A stretch of DNA of 64,000 bases. Source: Tubulanus polymorphus. Lineage: Eukaryota > Animalia > Nemertea. The position numbers and the translations under genes were made by a program. The stretch lies in NCBI RefSeq assembly GCF_964204645.1, contig NC_134025.1, forward strand, positions 15,004,001 through 15,068,000, written 5' to 3'. Every line of letters starts with the position of its first letter. Positions within the stretch are counted from its first letter, which is position 1. This document shows positions 13,751-26,100 of the stretch, piece by piece. The notes under the pieces are model-generated. The model saw nothing but the letters and a program-made list of their open reading frames with translations. It ran no database searches and had not been told where the DNA came from.

Positions 13751-14637
13751 CGAATCGTTTGCGTATTTATTAATTAAGTTATTTATTTGTTGTTGGAACT
13801 ACATTTTGTTTCGAAAGAACACATGCCCTTTTATGTATATTCATGCTTCATACACGTGATAAAACAGACACAGACTTGCTGCAGTGTGGTGTATTGATCT
13901 GCGCATGTATGAGAAAAGTGCGCCTCGCGTGTGGCCTAGTTAAATTTTTTTTGGATACTGCAAATGATTCAACTGCCACGGTTCGTCGCGGGCGGCCGTG
14001 AAAAGCAGTGAATTTTATGGAAGGACAGTAAAATTGGGTAAGAGGGAAGTGAATCTTGGAAATTGTTCAATTTACGAAAATAAATTGTCTAACTTTAAAG
14101 AGCAAATGCCATCAAAATAGAATATTGTGTAAATTTCATTTTCAAATGTGATGTATTCACAAATATCCAATATGGAACTATTTCACTAGACATTTTGTGC
14201 GGTATTTTATCGTTTTAGGAGTGATTTGAATAAATAAACTCTTGCCATTGTAAGTGTTGCTACTGTTGTATATGCCATGATAATCGTGTATAAGTGAGTA
14301 GCACTGTAGGTCAGTGAATACGGTGAACAAATGATGTTTATTTTATCGATTATACATAGGCTACGCGTACTAGCGCGCACATGTGCTTTTGTTGATTGTC
14401 ATAGTTAACATCATAAATAGCGCCACCCGCGGGTTGAATATGAACTATACGCACGGAGTGAAGGATAAATAGATAACTATTCCGCTAATGAGCTACCGGC
14501 TATGCGCGCACCTGCCGCTAGCGGCGCTGACTGTCAACTCGGTTATAGCGACCCCACATGAACCGGGATGTAATTCAATAGCGTACGGCTTTGAATGGGG
14601 CGCTTTGAACCGCTTTTCTCTTGAATGAAAGTTGGCC

Positions 14638-16540
14638 ATGCCGACTGAATGCTGTGTTCCGTTGTGTGGGCAGCTCGGAGGACACGCTTTCCCGAAAGAT
14701 GAGAGTAGGCGACGCATTTGGGTGAACGCAGTCCGACGTGGCGAAGCTCATTGGAAACCGTCGAGGCATAGTGTAGTGTGTCGGAATCATTTTACAACCA
14801 AAGACTACGTTGAAATTACCACTTCAGGTTTGTTTACACTTAATGCTCACAACAGGTGTTACATACATGGTGTTACAATGAATGAAATCAATTTGATATG
14901 GGATATTTAGAAGATTTTTTAGCCTGAGCAAGTCTCGTCAAAAGCCAGCAGAAGGGCTTGGATGGGTCGAGTTAAAAAAGTGTGGGTAGTCCTTCAATAA
15001 TCTGGAAGTAGGGCCTCATCAGGCCTAAAGAGGCCTGTGAAATTTAAGTATCAGTTTACCGTCACCCGCCACGTGTGGACTGAAGACCGCTCTCGCATGA
15101 AAACATTCAATATGTACGTTTCAATTTTATGTTCTAAAAATCCGGAAAGTGGATATATAATGTACAAAACTTATAACAGTCATCGATAAAACGTTTTTTA
15201 AATCAATATTTAATGTGTTGATTGCCTTTTGAGGTTTGGATTGCAATGTTTATGTCTTGAAATTTAGGGATTATTATCGGGTGTGACTGCTTTAAGTCAG
15301 CTAACTTATTTTGATAGCTGAGCTACCACTAGCGCCATCTAGTGAACAAAAGTTGAAGTGTTGACAAATTTTACTGCCAACGCTGCCATAAATCATTGAT
15401 TATGACTAGTCTCAGTTGAAGTTTAATATATTTATTGAATTATTCTATGTACAGGTACATCACCTCTGCAAAATCGACTGAAGAAAGATGCGGTACCATC
15501 AGTGTTTCCCTGGAATTCAGAAATTTCACCAGCAGGACTTAGCAGGAATGATAGATACATGAAACGTAAACAGCTTCTGTCGGAACAAGAATCTGCGGCC
15601 AAAAAACAATGTGAAGTGGCACTTTATCAAGTAGCAGCGCATGAAACAGTGGGGGAAAATTGTCAATGTAAGGACCTTTGAGTGAGAAATTGTGAAGATG
15701 CATTCCAAATTTACACTCAACAATAATAATCTTGCCTTTTCAGATCTTCCCGTTACTGTGTGTGAAGATTTGCCTGATTCTGCACCACCGATCACAAGTA
15801 TTGGAGTACAGTGTGAAATTGTTTCGGTTTACTCTCCCTTGGACCATTACAGGAAAAATGATGACTGTTTTCACTACTACACTGGGTTGGAATCATGAAA
15901 GAAATTTTATTTTGTGCTCAACGTGCTAGGACCTGCAGCTTACAAGTTGAACTACTATCAGGGAATAACACCGATTATATCTGTCGAGGAACAATTTTTT
16001 TGTGTCTCATTAAATTAAGGCTATATAGATGTGACTTTGAACTTTCTCAAATGTTCAATATATCTGAAAAAATTGTGCGGAACATTTGCATAACATGGAT
16101 TAATTTTATGGCCCATGAACTGGATGAAATCAATTGGTGGCCAGAAAAGAAGTTAGTTCAGTTTTACATGCCAACCGATTTTGCTATCAAATATCCGAGT
16201 AGGCGAGTTGTTCTTGATGGCACCGAATGTCCTATAAAAAAACCAAAGCACCCTTTGGTACAGCAGTCGACTTACTCCACATACAAGAATAGAAATACTA
16301 TGAAGGTGGTAGTAGGAGTTAGTCCTGCTGGTGCTGTAACTTATGTGTCATCAGCATATGGTGGATCTACTAGTGACCGTCAAATAACAGAAAGGAGCGA
16401 ATTGTGGAGACTTTGTGACAGTAATGACAGCATCATGGTGGACAAAGGTTTCAATGTTGACGTTTTGTTCATTCCCAGTAATGTCAAAATCAATATACCA
16501 TCATTCTTTCGCAAGAAAAATCGCATGTTGGGTCCTGAAG
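14638..16540 (+). pseudogene. THAP + DDE_Tnp_4 (PIF/Harbinger, ISL2EU-type) transposase, 3'-truncated
   Basis: THAP C2CH exon 14638-14827 (CCVPLC..FPKD..W..VVCRNHF) splices in phase to 15455 (RLKKDAVPSVFPW); HYYTGL, VVLDGTECPIKKP, YSTYKNRNTMK, GGSTSD, MVDKGF motifs; stops/frameshifts; third acidic residue region missing. Confidence 0.85.
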
Positions 16541-17041
16541 AATTGCGTCTTGTGACTGAGACTTAATCAATATAAAGAAAATGATGAAATGAGAGAAACT
16601 GGTGCTGCCACCTTGTCCAGTCTAATAAAACAATTTTGAAATATCTAATTACAATTTGATTCCTTTTTAATTGATTTCTATTGAATTGCTTTTCAATCAC
16701 CATGGGTCGAAATGTGAAATAAGAAAAATAAACCATTCGATTTGAGCTGTGTTACTCTTTCATGGGACTGCCTTTTATAAGACTGCCCTTTAGTTTTGGA
16801 ACTGCAACACCTGAAAATCCAAGAAACAAAATTATAGTAAATAGTGTGCAGGTGGATCTTGCCCAGCCCCACATTCACACTGGCTTTCTTGTACCGCGCC
16901 AGTTACACCTAATGGGGGAACTGCTTGGCGCCCCTGGCAAGTGACTGAAAATTTTTGGCTATAGATGGCGCCACCATTTACAATATTTTAGCGTCTGCTT
17001 TTATGGGATTTACGGTAGTTTTTACGACTCTCCCTGTCACA

Positions 17042-19909
17042 ATGAGTGATTTAACTCTCGAAGAATTGAAAAAAGAGCTTAAAGCAAGAGGAGCAAAAGT
17101 TTCAGGAAGGAAAAAAGAGCTCATAGAGAGGTAAATCATGTTTTTAATCCGGACTAAAACATAGACACTATAGACTAGTCGCTTTACATTCCCGGAATCC
17201 CGGGTTCGAGTTCAACCTGGGCCGGGAGTTCAAATGACTGAAAAAGGATATCTAAAGCATGTTTAGCACAAATTTACCCCAGCCATTGTAAATATCAACT
17301 TATCAACTGTCCATATTTGTGTGGGTGGTTGGCAGAGAAAAAATCCTATGATGATACACAGGCCTAGAGGCCCGACTGAGCTAGTCAAAACTTTCTGGTC
17401 TGCATGTACGCCTTCAGAAAGCTTTTTTGTTCTTCGTGTTAGAATTCTATAAGATGACACAGCAGTCTGATGAGCTGCAAAGTGAATATAAGATGGACCT
17501 TCTTGCTGCAGATGAATACAAGGATCTACATCCTGGGATGGTTAAAGATCTACCTCCAATAAGTGAGACACTGCTGTGCGAATTTTTAATCTTAGATGAT
17601 CAGTGGCTTGATGCCAAGATCAAACAAAGACTTATACTAACAAAGGTGAGCGTGACTTTGATGTTTCCTAAGCTGGTAACACTAGATTTTCATCAAACTA
17701 TCACTTTTGTTCTCTTTTTAAAAAAATATTAAGTGAGCTTTTTATCTTATTTTTTAGATTTCTCCGACATATACGTTTAGCGACCAGTCAGTTACATGTA
17801 GTTTTTGTAAAATCATCTGAAGCCCGCCCGCCTGCAGATGAATACAAGGATCTACATCCTGGGATGGTTAAAGATCTACCTCCAATAAGTGAGACACTGC
17901 TGTGCGAATTTTTAATCTTATATGATCAGTGGCTTGATGCCAAGATCAAACAAAGACTTATACTAACAAAGGTGAGCGTGACTTTGATGTTTCCTAAGCT
18001 GGTAACACTAGATTTTCATCAAACTATCACTTTTGTTCTCTTTTTGAAAAAATATTAAGTGAGCTTTTTATCTTATTTTTTAGATTTCTCCGACATATAC
18101 GTTTAGCGACCAGTCAGTTACATGTAGTTTTTGTAAAATCATCTGTGTGGGTAGAGATGAAGAAAACTGTTCAATATTGTGTTGACATCAAACTTGATAT
18201 GAACGGGGTTCTCCTTGAAAGCCAGTGTGAGTGCGGAGCAGGTCAGGGCCCAACAGCCCATTGTAAACATGTCGCGACAGCACTTTATGGTCTTTGCTCC
18301 ATCCGATCTACTGGTGAAATAATCACAGAAACAACTTGCACTCAGGTAAGATAAATTTCTATCCAGTTTAATTTACTTAGAAACTGTCTCTAAAATGATA
18401 GTATAAATTGATTTAAGTAAAAGAGGGGCAACATGAGGTAACCGATTTTCATCACTTAGTCTGGCAGTAAAAAAAAGTCCAGATTTCTGTTTGCCAATAC
18501 ACGTGTTTCTATTTAAATAAAGTTTTGACCTACCTGTACAATTTTTTTTCAGGTTCTTCAGACTTTTCATAGAAGCAAAGCATTCAAGGGTAGTCCTATG
18601 AAAGACTCCACCATTGCTGAAGCCCGCCAACAAACAGCTTTCATATGATCCAAGACCAGATAATTTGAGAGGACGAGAAAATAGAGTGCAAAGTGTGACA
18701 AACTTGATCTTAAATTATCAGCTACAGTGATCTGTTTACAGTCAGATTTATTTCCATATGTCGAACCTGCGCCTACATCATGTGTGTACATAAAAATTAC
18801 CAGACGATGCCAATAAAATGCACTCGTCCATCTCAGGGTCTGTGAACATAGGGTGTTGAAAAAATCAATTTTGAGTGGTCATATGGAGATATTCTAGAGT
18901 GTGAAGCTAATTCATTTAATTAAAAAGACTAATGTTCAGTTGCATTCTCTAGTTACAGGATATGCCATTTCTGCAGTTGTCAGAACCAGCTAATCCATAT
19001 GCTGCTGAAAATGACCATATTTACATGAAAAAATCTGGTGTTGAGGAATTTTGAATTAGGGAAAAGGTAAGATAATCATAAAATAAATGTTTTTTTTCAT
19101 TATGACGGCAGTGGAACCTCATTATAACGAACTCATGAACGGAATCGAATCTTTTATTTTTCAGTCAGCAATACTGTTTGGTCAAGATGGGTACACCTAA
19201 TTTAAATTTTCTGACTTAATTTCAGATTTTACCAGGATCCGTGTCTGATATAGATGTAGAAGTAATAGAGAATGCTACATGTGGGCAATCTACAAACAAG
19301 ACTTGGATTTCTTTAAGACTGAAACGCATGACAGCATCCTCATTTGGAAGAATATGTAAAGCCACTGCTGCCACTGATTTTAAAAAACTAGCATCTGATT
19401 TATGTTCCCTGCAGCCAGAACTCAGCGTTTCATCCATCGTACATGGGAGAAAATACGAATCAACAGCTATCACAAAGTTTGAGTCAGTGTTTGGCGTTAA
19501 AGTTAACAAATGTGGATTGTATATTTCAAAGGACAGGCCGTATTTAGCTGCATCTCCTGATGGTACGATTGACTCTGATACATTGATTGAAGTTAAGTGT
19601 CCTTATGCCGCACGCAATCAAGCAATTAACGAGTTAACTCTAGCGTATTTTATAAATGAAAATGGCTCTCTCGAACTGAAGAAAGATAATCCCTACTATT
19701 ACCAAGTTCAAGGACAGTTATTTTGCACAAATGCAACAACGTGTTATTTCATTATTTATACATTTAAGGACATGAAAGTGATAAAAGTTATAAACAACAA
19801 AGACTTCCAGGATCAGATGTTCCAAAAATTTGATTTTTTTTTCGATGTATATTTCAAAGATGCTGTGCTGGAGAGGTACTTCTTCAGAAATTATTCAAAA
19901 TATATGTAA
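17042..19909 (+). pseudogene. SAP - SWIM - YqaJ (lambda-exonuclease-like) gene, ISL2EU accessory protein, multi-exon
   Basis: SAP exon 17042-17130 (LTLEELKKELKARGAKVSGRKKELIER), SWIM CECGAGQGPTAHCKH (~18226-18270), PD-(D/E)xK domain AASPDG..IEVKCP..YYYQVQGQL (19241-19909); disrupted by a duplication and stops. Confidence 0.8.
17506..18145 (+). repeat. 314-bp tandem duplication (17506-17819, 17832-18145)
   Basis: Near-identical copies separated by 12 nt AAGCCCGCCCGC. Confidence 0.95.
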
Positions 19910-20039
19910 ATGCATTGCTGAAATACGTCTTTATTCTGTCTATGCATCTCGTGAAACAATAACAAGTAATTTAAAATTACAGAAATAGAAACAAATTATT
20001 TTCTGATTATGCTTCCAGCCATCATTGTTTTCGTATAGT

Positions 20040-20530
20040 TCATTGGATGTGTTAACATCTTGAAAGTTTTAGCAAGTCCAATGATTCTCAATGTGGTTCA
20101 AGTGCTTCATGTAAAACAGAGAAAAACTTCTTGCGCGACTCTAATCCTGTGTAGAAATGAATATTCTCATCTGTTTTTCCATAGCGGTCCAATGGGGTAC
20201 AGTCAGCAAGAAGTTCACACCACTGGACACCCTAACTAACGGAAGATCGAACTGGAGTCATTTCAATTTCGCCAGAATAAATATCTGAAAAAAAGTTTGA
20301 AAAATAAGTTAAAATCTGTAACAATTTTTTTTTGCTTTCAATATTTTACTAAAGCTGTTTTATTTACTGTACAGTTTCATTTCGAAAGTCACCATAAACT
20401 TATCAATATTTACCTTCAATTTGCTTTTGATCGTCCAAATCAGTGATCGTTTCATTGGCTGCAACTTGGTCAAGGGCCTTCTTCCTTTGTTGTTCGGCTT
20501 CATAGGCCTGGGTCCAGTTGTACAGTTCCG
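20040..20530 (-). pseudogene. Internally deleted ISL2EU-type transposase remnant, convergent with the YqaJ gene
   Basis: Minus strand reads DENIHFYTGLESRKKFFSVL, fused to RIIGLAKTFKML (C-terminal catalytic-E region of this transposase type). Confidence 0.6.
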
Positions 20531-23168
20531 AATCAAGATTTAACTCTTGAGTTAACTCATTGAAAATGAGAACTTTAACTCAGAGTTAAATCTAACTCAC
20601 AACTGTGAAACTGGGTCCGCAGCAGCAACTTGTTTGGCAGAGAGTACTAAATTCCATTACTGGCTGATTACTGCTTGATGCCTTATTTCTTCGATACTAC
20701 TCTAATCTGAAAGACAAAAGTTATAAGGAAATAAGTATCTCCATTATGTAGTTGTTAACATTCACAGTTGTTAACATTCACCGTTGTTAAAAATCGATAT
20801 TACACGTCCATTTTAAATGTTTTATAAAAAGCTAGGCTACTAGTAGCTACTGGCTAAGAGATTTAATTACAGACTAGATGTAGCCAGTAAACTCATAAAT
20901 TAACCTTTTCAGCAATTACAGAATAGTTCACAGACATCATTTAACAAAACGGGCAATATTAATCGTAGGCTATAGTACGTCTTATTTATGGCAAATTTTA
21001 TACCGATGTTAAAAACCGGAACTGATAAAAAAAAACCGGAACCCCGAGACGAGAAAGCGTGTCAGGTATAAGTGCCAGATCTGCACCTCTCGTGATCGAC
21101 GCAATTTACTGAATGACAGAATCCAGGCTAAAAATCTACTTTCAAGTGAAGATATCTTAAAATTAACCAATGTACTGAATTGCTGATGACATTTGAATCT
21201 GAAATACGCCCGGTAGCGAACCACCCGGAGAGGTGCGGATCTGCACTTTTTTACCGACACGACAGTGTATTCTGTTCTCGCGATTTAAAGCAAAAATTCA
21301 AATAAATACCTTTCGATCAGCTCCTTTTTTCTCCCAGACACTATAACACCCCGAAATCAAGTATCTTCTGGTTAAGAAATCGCGGAAAGTACAATTTTGA
21401 TGGCATTTGCCCTTTAACAAACTTCGTAATAATGAAATAAATGATATCGTATCAAGCGACAGATTTTCATGGAAACTTCTTGATTCATTGAAGGGGGGAC
21501 ATCTTATAGGCTTTTTTTTATTACTTAGAGCACGGATTCTCTGAAATTCTATTGATGTACCACTTACGTGTAGTAGATGTGCATCAACAGACTCATATTT
21601 TAATTGTCGAATGGTCATGCGAAGACATAGTGTCACATTTAAAAACGTTTAAGCTTGGGCCTTAATTGCTTTACTATTAAAAGCTATCATGAATGAAACT
21701 ATTGAAAGCCACATTCACTCAGTTGCTGAACTTAATTTTTCGTAGTCTCTCCTACTGTTCGCAGAGGGCGTACGGGTCTGCTGGCATAGCCACTGACTTG
21801 AGTTGTCAGTTGATACAGTTCGAGTTACTGCTGCATTTGTAACGCGGCTGGCGGGTCACAAAACAGTTTTTCAACTGTACTTAATATATTTTTTGCTATC
21901 TATAGTTCTGTTTCTGGTGGGTTTAAAATCTTCAGGACTGCCTACAATTCATACATCATGAAATGATCATATGGGTACTTTACATAGGCCTATTTGTTTC
22001 TAACTATAGTTCTATTACCTTGGGCCTCCATGGGAAGAAGTTTTCAGTATGTGATTAGGGACTCCAGTATCCTCGAGCAGAGGTCAAGTCGGTACTGAGA
22101 TCCCATATGGTCTCTATGGGTTACTGGTCTGACAAGTTCAGCCAAGGTGTTAAATCGGTATTATATTAACTCTTCAAAAAATTCATTGTTGTAGCCATGG
22201 AAACGCATTAATCATTTTGGTTACATAATGAACGATGTCACTCATTATTTGAGTATATTTCGTTGGATACAAAAATATTAAACTAATAGAAATTATGTTT
22301 TGTTGAAGAAGGGTTGACTACGCATCTAACGACACCGAGTTTGAGAAATTTGGACATTCCAACTAGATTCTATGTACCCCTGAATCCAATAATTTGCATA
22401 TTTTTGGTGGCAATGTTGGCAACATTACGTAGTTCAATATGTGGAATAGCGATGGTGACTTTTTGATAAAATAATTGAAACAACATTTTTTCGATGTACC
22501 ATTCCAAAATTTTATTGAGAGTAATTAACCCACCGATAAATTATATGATACCCATCCCCCATTGTTATTGTACTGTTACCATGGCAACATGTACATATAG
22601 AATATAGTATATAGAAATGAACCAAAATCCTGGTTCCAATCCTTGTTCATCAGAAATTGTGTGTGGAAAAAAATTGATAAAAGACTCAATTATATCGTCA
22701 CATTACGGATTACATCTACACATATCCATTACAACGAAAAACATTTGAATCAAAACAAAGCTCATTCAAATTAGAACAAAGCTGGATCTTTGGGTTTAAA
22801 TTTCTCATGGATTTTTTTAATTCGGCCATGACAAAGCAGATCATCACTTTTGAGGTTCAATCACTACGTTCATTACATGTACAATGTATATGTTCATGTA
22901 TCATAAAACTGGACATAGGTGCGAGTTAAGATTTTACTTGGATAACTCATTGGAAGATAAACCAATTTCAGCTCGGAGTTAACTAATGTGGAACTGCATC
23001 CGGAATGACAATAGCAAGATAAGCTCCAATTCTACTTAGGAAAATTATATTCGCGACATCCAAAATTAGGCTTAGATTCCCGAGATGTCCCTTATCTACG
23101 TAAAGTAAAATAAATGTGGCAAAAAGCTCTTAGATATCATCGCCTTCAACATCACACTCATCCTCATC

Positions 23169-26100
23169 CTATATATCACCAGTGTTCTCGCATTTTTTGC
23201 ATTGACAGGCATCTGTGCATTGCAATGCATTTTGTGCGCACCTACATCGTCCACTACAGGATACTTTGCATTTACATGAAATTAGTTCTAGAATTGACTT
23301 CGGTGCTGGTTCATTAGACATCAGTTTAGGTTTTATACCACTATCATCTTGAACCAATCCTCTACCATCAGGTTTTGAATTGATCATCGGGACTTCTGCA
23401 CTTCGCCATAATACAGCTTGATAATACGCACGGAGGATGTGGTAATGAAAGCTATCTGATGTTGGAGGTAGAGATTCTGCATTCGATCCAAATTTACTTA
23501 AGAAAATCTATCTGAGTTAATCCAGTGTTGAAACTATTGCTGATGATTTGTTTTTCATATAGCAAAGCACAATAAATTTCTCACATGTTCTGTGGATTGA
23601 ATCAGTTAAATCAGCAGATATTCCCAGATCTTTTAGAGATTCAAGATCATTGAAATGTTCTTTTAGTTGTTTCCAGGCTGTTAACTTACCGATGCCCCTA
23701 ACATGACTAACGCTATCACAACCGGTTAAACTATGCAGCGGTAACACAAATTCTACTATGTGACCCAATCCATGTACCACTTCATTGATATCGTATGTGC
23801 GCATCTTAACTCCCGATCCAGTTTTAAAATGAAGATGCTGCATATTTCAGAGTTGCCACTTCTCCGGATTTCTCCGGAATTCCGGATTTTAAAAACATCC
23901 AGTTTCATTTCCTTGCTTTTCGGGAGAAGTCAACGAACGTGAAAATATAGTGTTACAATCAAATCAATCCGGGATTCGACCCTAAACATCAAAACGTAAC
24001 GGTTCCGTAGAGGGTTCGAAAAAGCCGTATTGTGCTGCCACGTAGTGGCAACAACCCCGCAGTACACGATTAAACCAAGATGACGCGACGATCGAAATCG
24101 ACTGACGCTTCGTTTGTTTTTGGCTCTGGTTTGTATATGAGGTGTATTTGACGGAACCAATCGCTATTTGAAAAAATGATCTATACACATTGTTGTTATT
24201 GAAATATCTTGGAAAAGGTGAGTGAGTGTATAACCTTTGAGGAAATGCTTACTGAAAGTTTGAAGCGACAGAGTTTCATTGGATTGTAATTGACAGACGT
24301 GAAAATTGATACACACTTCCGGTAATGAAAGTGAGGCCTAAAACGCGTATTGCGTCAGAACGCATCTCCTGGCGTTCTAATTTCAAAAATTTCAAACCCC
24401 CGACTTATTTTCGGAATTTTTAGCATCACATAAGTGGCAACTCTGATATTTAATTTCTTGGCAAAATGAATGCACAGAACAAAGACGTCGGTATCCGGTG
24501 ACCGAATTTCAATGTGTGTATTTTTCTCTGGCATATAGAGCATGCAATATTAAACGGCAGTCAGCTTCATCAACATTTGTATGCAACTCCAGAATATCAT
24601 GTATATCGGTGTTAGATATCAACGTGGAATTACCGGCGGAAAATCCACCCATGATAACTTTTGTATCGCCAGAAAATTTGTGAGCTTTCACTTTATCATA
24701 TAGGTACCGGAACATTTTTTTCTTGTTTTCAGGCAAAGTGATCATCTTGTTCCATATATGAGCTAATTTTGTTCCATCATTGATGATGTGTATTTTCAAT
24801 CCATCCTCTTGTCGTCTGCCTCGCACCATACTCTTGACACTATCATTTTCATCTATGTATTGATCCATTACAACATGTACCTCGGCAAAATGTGCCAGAT
24901 TTGATTGGATGCAACCAATAAACCATGCAGCAAAATCATGAAATGTCTGTTTCGGAGACGGTTTAAAACTGTGAAATAACATCACACCATCAATGATACA
25001 CAGAGACTGAGAACGTTCACTGCAAAAGTCGTTGGCTATGTAAGGATTGGGTACCTCAATTTCGATGGCATCAATGAGTTTACTTTTATCATTGTGTAAA
25101 AGGGATCCCTTCACTGAAGCTAATGAAAGTGGAACAGACGTAAGTTCAAAACTCAGCATATCCTTCAAATCAACTTTACGATTTTGGCCAACAACCAACA
25201 AACGGGGGAAAAGTTCATGGTTCGCAAACTTTATCTCCTTTTCAACTTTTGAATTCCCGGTTCTCTGTTTTAAGCTCTGAAATGTTTTCAGCATAATTTT
25301 TTTGATCGGCCATTTCAGATCAAGCGTTCCATTTCGTAGCCTCTCCTCTATAAATCTGTCCATGTGCTTTTTTCCAACTTCCTTGACATTCATCAAATCA
25401 CTCATATCATCAGGAGCATATATCCCTACAAATCAAAATCTTTGTCATCAGACATTTGAATCTACAAACCATGATTAGAAGTTTAGCCGATGGTTTCTGT
25501 ACAGATGAGGGAATCGACCCAGGTGGCGGATTTGATAGGGGTAATGATGGTAAGCTTCAATCATCCGGGGGTGTGCAAAAAAATTTGTTATTATTAGATT
25601 CATTATTATGTGAGTGCAGAGCACTATACTGACCTGTAGCAATATTGAAGAGATGATCACCGTGTTCTACATTGAATGGGTTGTTCATCGTCGTTTTTAT
25701 TGTGGAAACAATCTTCATCGCATCATTCTCGTCTTTTGAGATTCTAGGTTTTGTTGACTCTTTATGAGATGGTTTTTCTTTGGAAAGTCCGCATAAATCT
25801 CATACACATGTGGTGTGGTTACTCTGGATGTGTGTATTTTTCACCCATCTTTTGAAAAATTAAAAATATGCAGTTTGATTAGGACATATTTATCTAGCCT
25901 ACCGGTATGTTGGCTTTGGCGCTGTAGACTACGCAAATGTATTTAAAACTCGTGTGAAACGCTTTAGAGGAGAAATATCTCAACAAAACGTGATAGATAT
26001 ATCATGATTTATCCATATAATTAAATTGATATAACGCGTTGATTTTCGCGATATCAGCTTTTTCAATATATCGATTTCACTAAGTGGACTTGATTTGAAA

